The position numbers were made by a program, and so were the translations under genes. A stretch of DNA of 64,000 bases, taken from contig JAUGWO010000023.1 of assembly GCA_049724395.1 (NCBI GenBank), forward strand, positions 186,001-250,000, read 5' to 3'. The stretch is from Spongospora subterranea f. sp. subterranea. Taxonomy: Eukaryota. Below the pieces are notes generated by a model, which was given only the letters and a program-made list of their open reading frames with translations, made no database searches and was not told the DNA's origin. Shown here in pieces: positions 54,250 to 64,000 of the stretch. How positions within the stretch are numbered: position 1 is the stretch's first letter; the number at the start of each line of letters is the position of its first letter.

Positions 54250-54957
54250 TTGGAACAGATGGGGACAGACGCGTCTACAACGCCTTCTCCCGATATAGCT
54301 ACGTTATCATCCCACGTATTGACTCGTTTAGACACACGTTCAGTTCATTCAGATAATCCAAAATCGCGGGGAAGATCTAGAGGGCCATCGGTTACAACTC
54401 GTACTCAAGCCCAGATCGCCACAATTGCCGCCGATTTACAGGATCTGAAACTTCAACAGTCAGCACAACAGCGTACCGTACTTTTGGAGAAAAACACGGA
54501 AAATGCCTTCAAAGGCATTCTACCAGCGCACGATTACGAGCCCGGTTTGGAGCTACCTATTTCCCGCGAAGGTCATGTCGCGATGTTACTCCAGAAGTTA
54601 TTAGTACTTATCCCGGATCAAGCAGATTGTTTACCAGCTCGTCAATTTCTAACTCGTTGTCTTTCTTTTTATCAGTTGGCGCACGAATTTTCCTATCATC
54701 AAGCAAAGGATATTTTCGCCCAATTATCGCTAGCAGAACGACTACGACCAGTAAAACCGGAGATCCTACAAACGGCGCACCTCGTCGCCAAGATGGAGCA
54801 CATTCAAACGCTTCTGAAGAAATCTACCTCCTCCCGTCCTATCTACAATTCCAATCGCGGTCGCTTCCGACCTCGCGGGGGGGGGGGCAACGGTTTATCA
54901 AGAAAGAAACTCCTCCACCACAGTCAAAAAACTGATATCTCCTCAGCTTCGTCCTAG
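54250..54957 (+). mobile_element. Intronless gag/ORF1-like ORF, possibly a truncated DIRS-type retroelement
   Basis: S/R-rich N-terminus, coiled coil, helical core and an 'NRGRFRPRGGGG' tail; followed by 'AFYSPIWYNILGAP', weakly like the start of DIRS pol; no RT seen. Confidence 0.4.
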
Positions 54958-55274
54958 TAACGACATTAAACTTACTTCAAGGAGATCTTATGCGTCTCCT
55001 TCTACGATTATGCCTTTTACTCACCCATCTGGTACAACATCCTGGGTGCGCCTCGTCCCAATAATAATGTCATCGCATATCCCTCACCAACACCAATTGC
55101 GACCCAGTTTTCCGGTTTGTTCTGAACAAAAAAAAAACAAGGTTTAGACAACCGCCCTCGGAAAATGCCGCACAATTCGAAATCGGAACATCTGCGGTGT
55201 CCGTGGCGGGGTTTTTCATCGATCCCGGTGATGGAATCGTTGGCGACAAATTATCCCTAAGCGGGCGAAACGTG

Positions 55275-55889
55275 ATGCGTCAGCTGAAATTTCATGAGCA
55301 GCGTTTGCTGAAGAAGGTGGACTTCCTGCAATGGAAGTCGGATCAGTCGCATAGGGAGAACGCAATCCTGAGGCGATACCATATCCAGGACCGGGAGGAT
55401 TACGTGAAATACAACCGCCTGTGCGGTGTCATCACCAAGATCACCAATAAGATCATCGCTTTGGACCAACGTGATCCGTTCCGCTGTAAAACAACGGAAC
55501 AGCTCTTGGAGAAACTGTTGGGAAACTCATCATCGCCCGTCTCCCCGATAACGTGTTGATTTCGTGATTTTTCGTTCAGATACAATATGGGTTTGATCAC
55601 GAGCAAAAAGAGTCTATCGCTGTGCGCCAAACTGTCGGCGTCGTCGTTCTGTCGGCGCCGGCTACCCGTGGTAATGGTGCGTCTGAAGATGGCTGAGACG
55701 TTGCGCGAGGCCATCACGTTCATCGAAGCCGGGCATGTTCGCGTCGGGACCGATACCTGTCTGGACCCGGCCCGGCTCATCACCAGAACGCTGGAGGATT
55801 TCGTCACCTGGACCGATTCGTCCAAGATCAAACGCCACGTCATGAAGTACTCCGACCTCCTCGACGATTACGATTTACTAGGAAATTAA
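55275..55889 (+). CDS. IMP3: U3 snoRNP protein IMP3 (S4 domain), one intron at 55517-55579
   Basis: 'MRQLKFHEQRLLKKVDFLQW', 'YNMGLI', 'SSFCRRRLPVVM', 'GHVRVG..DPA.LITR..EDFVTW.D.SKIKR'. Confidence 0.97.
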
Positions 55890-55943
55890 AGAAAACGGAA
55901 CAGATATTTATCGCGACGATTTCGGATTGTGTCATTGATGATG

Positions 55944-58900
55944 TTAGCGCTCGTTGAATTTTGTGTTGAGGGGCGTCATCCTTCGACATTGGCCATAGAT
56001 GCGATGAGAACTGGCTTCCGTCCCTGGATGATATCGTAGATGGCGGTAATCGCCGACAGCCAATCGACGAACGGCTGGCGCTGCGTCAGCAACGGATCCC
56101 ATTCGGAGAGGAACGCCATCAGACACGACAGGTGGCGAGAGCGCGCCTTGACGATCGCGAACATCATCTGGGGGAGCAATGCCCGGGAGTCAGAGACGTG
56201 TTTGTGCGGCGGTGAGATGGCGATATCAGATTACGATGATGGTGAGATCTCGAGTGGTTGATTTAGGGATGGGATTCAGGATCCCCTCAATGATTATCGA
56301 ACGAACCTGATCGAGTTTCTTGATCTTACGTTCAATTGATATCCCGCAACCACTCTGCAACAACCCTGTACAGTTGTGTTGACAATTCAGAAGAAACGGA
56401 CGGCTTCCCTGTCACCCAAAAACGTTTCGAACTTGTTTTTTTTTAGGTAAAACATTCGGCTTTTCAACTCCACACCTTAAATTGTACGATTAACAGAGCG
56501 TATTCGAAAGCAGTCGAGGGAAATGTAAAAAACTGAATCTTAAACGACAGTGACGAACAACTGACGGATTACCCTGAACGGCTCCTTTGAGACGGGTTTC
56601 ATCAATGTCGGCCACGATCGAGTTCCGTTGACGTCCTGCACATTGTTGGTAGAAGGCGGCCAGGGTGGGATAGCGGTTCCTGATCGTGTCCAGGGCGGAC
56701 AGGAACCGGGATTCTTCGTGGGAACAGAGCCCGCCCAATACGGTCCATGCCATCGATCCGACATAGCCCCGAACTAGTTTCTTGATCTCCTGATTATGGA
56801 TCGAGAGCCCACGCCCATCATCGTTGGTCGCGATCATCAGCGACCGCAGCTCGTCGCTCTCGCGCAGAGCGGGCACCTTCTCAACCGCGCTCAGGGCGTT
56901 GTCGACGAACGCGTTGACCAGGCAGAGCTGCTCGCACCGACGTCGATGGCATCCGCGACACGCAAACAGGCCACGATCGCCATGATCTTGACTGCACCCG
57001 CTGCTGACAGCATTCCGTAAATCGTGAACGAACCGCATCGCACGACGTCGCAGACAATAAGCCAGTTGACCGGCACGAAACTCGACAAGTCGCTGGACGA
57101 TTCCCGCCGATCTCGTGGCAATCTCCTGCTCCCGCTCAAATAGTGCAGTCTGCAAGTGAACCAGATCGCTGGACGTGTTGGGCGGTTGCCGTTCGTATCG
57201 TTCCAGGATGACCAGGAGAAGGCCACGCATGTCGTCATTTGCCATCTCTTCTGGCACCGTCTTCCGCAGTAGCGCCATGGTTTGGGCCACGAACCCCAAC
57301 GCTTCGTGGCCATTGTTGACCACGCACGCCAACTGCTGGGCTATTGACGCACCTGGGCACTCGATCATGATCGGGATCTTGGCCAGCATCGAGATCAGCG
57401 TATGCTCAACGCTGGGTGTCGCGTTGGGCTTACTGGTCTGGGTGGGCCGAATCACCAGATACGATTGGGCAGATTGATCGGGCAGGTCCGTTGTGTCAGA
57501 GACATTGGGGATAACGGCGCGATGAAGTCGCAGAATATGATCCGATCGTATCACGAACTCGGGTGGAGTCGGTTCATGAAGATCAATTTCCCATTGAAAC
57601 CCGGCCGTCGAACTCAGGATCTGTTCCGCGAACGCCGTCAGACGCTCAGCCCAACGTTGAGCCACGCCCCCGACAGCGGCCGGTCGATGTGAAGGGCACG
57701 TGGCGATCCAGGTGAGGTTCTCGGCGATCACAATCAGATCAATGCGATCCCGGGGAGTGATCGGGAACACCCCGGAAATCTGATCGGATTTCAATGCGCC
57801 CGCGATCCAATCAACGAACATCACCTTGATAATCGTTGCAACACATTGATCAGCCCGTTCGGTGTGAGCTAACGCGCTGGCTAATAATATTATAGGGGTT
57901 GGTATTACGGTCTGATAGAGGAGCGCCTCGAGAATTTGCTCGCAGATCCTCAGGGCGTAGTCGGTGGCACCGTCCGCGCCCTCGTCGAACAGGTCAATGT
58001 GATTCCGCTGTAAGTGAGTTTGGATGATGTCGGTGAGAAAGGCGATGGAAGAAAACCGCTGGAGCGATGCCGCCACCATGGCGCTCGATGCAGACGACGA
58101 GAGGCCGTTCTGGATCTCATATGATCGGCAATGGGCGATGATGGTGATCAATAGGCGAATATTGGATTGACCGCGAAGAACATCATAAACGACACAATCG
58201 ACAATGTTTTGATCAGATTGACGGGCGATCACCTCCCCAAACAGTCTCGGGTTCTTGCAAAGATCCACGAGGAAGTCGCCGAAAGTTGTTTTCTGCAAAA
58301 TTTAGTGGGAAAGCGATGATAAGATGTACAAGAAATACGAACCAGTGATGATGACCATTCTGGCTCCGATGGAGACAGCGGGTCGTTGCCACGTAATATG
58401 GAATCGCGAAGTGCCAGGCTGCAGAGATCGTGGTCAAACGCGTGGAGCTTTTGGCGAATCTTGGCGATCAGATCGGCGAGAGCGAGTTTGGTCTGCGACT
58501 CACCATGAACCAGGCGTTGGAGACGGCAGAGTAAGGAGGCGGCCGAGGTCTCATTATCAGGTTCACCTAAACAGACGGGATCATCTCCCAGTTTCACCAG
58601 TTTCATGCCTGGATATGAGCCAGGCCCATGGGCGTCATGGTCATAATATAGCGCCATTCGCGTGTCACTGTGCCGGGCAGATCACATTTCCTCGTCCGGT
58701 CGATCCCGTTGAACAATGGGTCAATGGGGAAAATCATTGACAGCCTTGGTCCCCTGCACCGGAACAAATCTTGATCGTTTCCTTGACGTCCCATTCGACC
58801 ACTGGCGCCGAACCGCTCTCAGAACGCACGACGTTTTCGAGAGCCAATTGAAAGAAACCAGTGTGGTTTGATGAACTGAATGAAGGGCCGTGAGGATTGA

Positions 58901-59138
58901 TTGTGAAACTGTTCTGGTTTTAATCGCGTACATCGCAACTTCGATTCAAGATTCGATCGAGTACATCTGACTCTGTAAAGTTACCCGAAAGGAATGGTGT
59001 GCACATCAGGGCGTGGTATATCAAACCAAGGGGACGGTGAATTGCGGATGAAGTGATGGTATATGGGCATGATTCGTCGCCATAGTCAATCAAGCCCCTT
59101 GCAAGCTTGCCAACTTCCTTACTACTGACTTTTCCCAT
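55944..59138 (-). CDS. Divergent RasGAP-fold + VPS9-like protein (GAPVD1-like architecture); 5' end uncertain
   Basis: 'MFVDWIAGALKSDQISGVFPITPRDRIDLIVIAENL' resembles the RasGAP C-terminal motif; 'LLPQMMFAIVKARSRHLSCLMAFL' resembles the VPS9 C-terminal helices. Confidence 0.5.
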
Positions 59139-61573
59139 TATTACCTTTCACCGATTCACTCCAGATTTGGACCTCGTGTACAGCGGAACTACCTTACCTG
59201 CCTGATCTGGACCGGAGAAAGTGCTTCCGATTAACTTTACCCGGTCAAAATGGTTGATACTCTTGAAAACAAACCTCAAATATGCATGCGGAACACAGTT
59301 TGTCCAGCGATGCCCGTAGGTTGGCGATTCACCTTTTCAATAAAATGCCCCAAGAGTCGCTGATGAACAAGTCAGAGTACATACGGGAACATCCCGTTCC
59401 TGTCGATATCGGAACAACCATGTGTGCTGTACTCGGGGACCTGTTTCGCGTATATAGGAATTCATAACCAATGGCTATAATACTATGCTCATTTACATCT
59501 CATCCAGATTTAAGACTGACTTTGATCGAGGTCGCATACGATGAATATGAAGCTGAAACCATAACAGCTGCTGGTAATATAGAATGAAGATCTAGTTATA
59601 CTGATAAGAAAGGACAGAGAGTAGAGAAACAAAACCGCAATATTAGCACAACACATCAGAGAAATGAAAATTGGTTGAAATTTTGAGATATTGTGTGTTG
59701 GAAGTTATTGGTTTCATTTTTATTCTCCTACACTCTCATATACAGATAAATGTTCAGTACTGTGTGTCTCTGCCAATTACAGTTATGGCAACGGTTTCAG
59801 AGTAAGGCGCAATGCAGGCATCTAAATCATGGAAATATCTGAAGGATTCGGTTCGCTGCAGGAGGTGAGAAGGAACGAGTCGAAATGGACCAGTCATCAT
59901 ATGCATCTAACAATTCAACATTTCGCACACTCATAGTGAGGCCAAACCGTAGTATTCACAGAAGTTCGAAGATTCTGTTGAATCTGACTCAGAGCAATAT
60001 CGGCCTATGAGATTTTCGGGATCTGAAGAACCATGTCTGCTTATGTGTATATGGTTAGCTAGCAGAGCGTTCGTCAAGGTGAAAGTCCCGTAAACATTGC
60101 AAGTGATGATAAAATTATGTGGTCGGATGAAATCCACCAATCAAAGAATCTGCAACGATTTCAAACACTGATACTTGACAAGAGGCTAATTGTACTACCG
60201 TACTCGTATTTTTTTACTAAGATTAGGTGGGTTAATTCTCTGGGTCAGAATTTACAAACTAATATCTCTGGATTATCTATCAGTTGTAATTTCTGGAGTG
60301 GGTTCAGGAACGGCTCTCATATGTTCCAGTTCGAATTTGAATGGTCCCTGCTTCCCCATTATGCTGATGCCGACTTTGATGATGTTCTCCATATCCATTG
60401 TCCATTTGCCTGCAATCGGACGGCGTTAAACTCGGACAGCGCTTCTGGTTGTTGTACCTGCAGCAACGCGTCCAGCCAACACTGGCATGAACCGAGATAA
60501 GGGAAGTTGCATTGTATTCCATTGCCCGCCAGGGCAATGAATATGCCCTTGCCATATCAATCCAGTATTGAATGCCATATCGCAATGGATATTAATGGCG
60601 TACATTCTGCCATCGGTTCGACAACGCACCTCTGAGTTAGAAAAAGGTCAAGCGATGATCATCCAAACCGACAACCAGTTAGGACCGATTTCAGGAGCGT
60701 AAGCGATATTCCATGGTGGGAACTGCTCTGGGGTTATAATTCCCACATAACCAGACCTTCGCACTTGGGTATTGGAGGCCTGAGCCATTGATAAATATCC
60801 AGAGAGTACACCTACGAAATATGGAGATTCAACGCATCAAATCATTCAAAAGGAGAACAAGTTATTTCCCACCGCATTTTGTATCGGGAGTTGACCCTTC
60901 ACCAAGCTCAAACGACGCTGTCGAATGGCCTAAGAAGACTTAGGTTTGTAGAGTTCGTCACGAACCCACACTGAACCGACCTCCTAACGCAGAATCGCAG
61001 ACCACTTTAAATTTGTCAATATCCTCCTGCGTATGGAAATGAACAATCGGAACGGCAGTGGGCGTTGGTATTCGGAATATATCACCAGATAGAACTAATG
61101 ACGAACAATGGTTAACACCCATCGACCCGATACGATATCCCCGTACCATCTTTCGTATCATTCATCCACTTCCCGATTCCATGTCGTGTTCTGTTCCAGA
61201 ACGTTGCCATGTTTTCTGTTACACCAATGGGTAGTAAATGTACCGATGACCGCACCCGGACATTTGCGCGTGCCGTTAAGTCATCACGATCATGCAACGG
61301 ACTCAATGCGGCTGTTGTTGGTCGGGTTCCCGTCGCTCATACAGAAGGGTGTGAAATGGAAATGATAGTGGGGCATGCCTTACCCCGCGACCAGTGGTTG
61401 ACAGTCCGCCCATGGCCAACAGGCGACGCGTCCTCACTTCACAATCACGATTTGTGTAACATGTGACTCAGTGACAGTGACTCTGGGAATGCAGACATAG
61501 CTGCCCGTCTCACTGCCCTTGTTCTAACGGGTTTCGTTTTGACTTTCATTTGCTTAAATTGATTGCATGTTGA

Positions 61574-63143
61574 ATGGCTGCATGTTATTCAGTCGAGCCC
61601 AGCAAGGGGGCCGTTGCACATCTCACGCCACGAACCCAGGTCTGGGCGCTGTACTGGTTCTACATCGCCTTCGGCGTGAACCTGACGATGCCTATCATAC
61701 CTGCGAAAATTCTAATGATGGATCAGTTGAAATTTGATCCATATACGCTGTCGATGATGAATACCATTACAATGTTTCCGTGGATTATCAAGCCAATTTA
61801 TTCCATCGCTTGTGATGCATTCCCCATATTTGGCTACCGGCGGTTCCCTTATGCGTTTGCTGGTATTCTAACGCATTCGGCAATGTGCTTAACAATCTCT
61901 CTTTGTTTCCAATCCATTGGGTTTTGTTGTTTGTTTTTATGCATGTTCATGTCCTCGCTCGGTTTGGTGGTCGCTGACGCTGCTGTGGACGCGTACGTCA
62001 TTGTCATTGTTCAAAGAGAATCGAAATCAGACCTCGGCCAATTTCAGTCAGGTTGGTTGGGTTTACAAAACGGTTAAGCTCCAACTTTCAACGATTTTAT
62101 GAAAAAAAGGTGTATGGATGGCTCGTTCTGTCGGTGCAATTCTTTCAACCGCTGCATCTGGAGCACTCATGGAATACGCATCCTATTCAGCTGCCGAGTT
62201 AATGGGGCTGTCTGCGATCATCGGAATGAGTGGGCTAATATCCCTTTTTTTTGTTCAAGAGGAGAAGGTATCGTACGATCCAATAGTGAAACATTCGACA
62301 AAGCCTCGACTTTGGGTATTTGCGCAGCATCTTACTCAAGTAAGAAGCTGTATCTTTCTGTCAAATTTCTGTTGATTGTTTCCTAGAGAATGAAAAATCC
62401 TGATATATACCGCATGTGTATCTTTGTACTTTTGTTTTCAGCTTCCCCTACACCAGGCAACGCGATGTTCTTCTTTATGAGGTAACGATGGCTTGCATCT
62501 TGGCAGCGCTTGATCGCTGCCTGTGTGTTTCCGTTTTTTAAACTCACGCCATTCTGTTGTGTCGTATTTCAGGTCGCAACTTGAATTTTCTGCCGCTTAT
62601 TTTTCGGCACTTTCAATCATCAGTCATGTGTCGTATTTGCTCGGGTCGTATATATTTATGAAATTTCTTAAGCATATACCATACCGGGCAGTTCTTAAGG
62701 GAACTGTCTGTGGAACCTCACTCGTATATCTTATCGATTTGATATTAGTCAAACGTTGGAACCGATGGCTTCTTTTACCGGATTGGCTGTTTCCCATACT
62801 TGAAACAGTAGTATTGGGAATATGTGCCCAAATTGCTTTTTTGCCAATCGCTGTCATAACCGCTCGAGTTTCTCCTGATAGTGACTCTGGGAGTGCATAT
62901 GTTTATAATGCAGTCATCTCCGTCTCAAATATCAGCACAATAATCAGTGAATCGTCTGGTGGATTTCTTGCCCAATTTCTTCAAGTCACAAGCTCAAATG
63001 AGTACAGAAACTTTCCTATTCTGCTGATCGTTTGCACGGTTTTGGGGTTGTTTCCAATACTGTCTGTTGGACTGTTACCAACATTGGACGACGTCAATGC
63101 GACTGATTATGATGGCAACTGCAACGACAAAAAAAGGAGATAG
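61574..63143 (+). CDS. Folate-biopterin transporter (BT1/FBT family, MFS), multi-exon
   Basis: 'FPWIIKPIYSIACDAFPIFGYRRFPY', 'ADAAVDA', 'GQFQS..WMARSVG', 'ASPTPGNAMFF', 'LILVKRWN..LPD'. Confidence 0.92.
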
Positions 63144-63194
63144 CTCGTTTTTCAGTGACAAATTTAATTATAAAATGATACCATTATATTTATA

Positions 63195-64000
63195 TTACGC
63201 TTGCCCTGTCAACAGTGCCTCAGGAAGTTGTCGCCCTTTGATCGCATCGGCAATTTTTTCAGCGATCATAATTACTGGGGCATTCAAATTTCCCGCCGTT
63301 GCCCGAGGCATAACACTTGCGTCTGCGATTCTCAGTCCTTCAACGCCATACACGAGCCCGTTGCAATCAACCACAGCATTTGGCCCATTCCCCATAACGC
63401 ATGTGCCACAAGGATGATACGCGCTCTCGATATGCGACCTGATAAACCCATCCAATTCTTCATCTGTTTGCAAATGCGGCCCTGGCGATATTTCCTTGCC
63501 GGCAAGACCTTTCATGGACGGTTGCTTTATAACTTCTCTCGCAATTCGAATACCGGCCCGTAAGTCTTTCCAATCGTCAGCCAATGACATGGCGTTTGAT
63601 TTGATTGTTGGCGGATCATGAATTTTATTGGTGCGCGCTCTTATGAATCCGCGAGCTTTGGAACGCAAGGTGCCGATATGCAGCTGGAAGGAATGGCCAG
63701 TTGATGATGGCGCTACAGACTTTCCATCATATGATATGGCAACTGGCAGGAAATGGAACTGAATGTCAGGGTACTCACAGAGCGACGACGAACGGATGAA
63801 TGCCCCTGCCTCGAAATGGTTAGAGGCCCCGATCCAGTCGCGAAACGCAATCCAGCGCATTCCAACCAACATCTTATAGAAAGGATTCGTGACGAACGGA
63901 ACAAGTGAAACAGGTTGTAGACATTCCTGTTGAAAATATACCTCGAAATGGTCCTGTTAATGAGCCGAACCAACCGTGAGATCAAGTCAAAGTGCTAGTT
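63195..64000 (-). CDS. Choline dehydrogenase (GMC oxidoreductase), 3' part; continues beyond the window
   Basis: 'GASNHFEAGAFIRS..YPDIQFHFLP', 'SAYHPCGTC.MG', 'VVD..GLVYGVEGLRIADASVMP..GNLNAPVIMIAEK.AD'. Confidence 0.92.

Overview
Gene-dense eukaryotic DNA with many short (~50-60 nt) GT-AG introns. It looks like a compact protist genome; a plasmodiophorid-like (Phytomyxea) source is my guess, not something the sequence proves. Recognisable genes: RasGEF, an ion-channel-fused adenylyl cyclase, NPC1-like, mitochondrial HSP60, NDUFV1, a Kelch protein, a full-size ABCG, SNM1/PSO2, PFKFB-like, an RCC1-repeat protein, SCYL1, IMP3, a RasGAP+VPS9-like protein, a folate-biopterin transporter and choline dehydrogenase. 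The most unusual region is a mobile-element nest at ~49.4-55.1 kb. It holds an AT-rich gene resembling the minor capsid (penton) protein of Polinton-like viruses/virophages, split in two by an insertion containing a rearranged PIF/Harbinger element. Around it lie a mariner fragment, an inverted exon duplicate, a G-rich minisatellite and a gag-like ORF. Next to this nest is a large protein with tandem WHIM3-like repeats fused to a DOT1-like methyltransferase domain. Several enzymes appear to have lost catalytic residues. All assignments come from motif recognition by eye; no database searches were run, and many exon boundaries and start codons are approximate.
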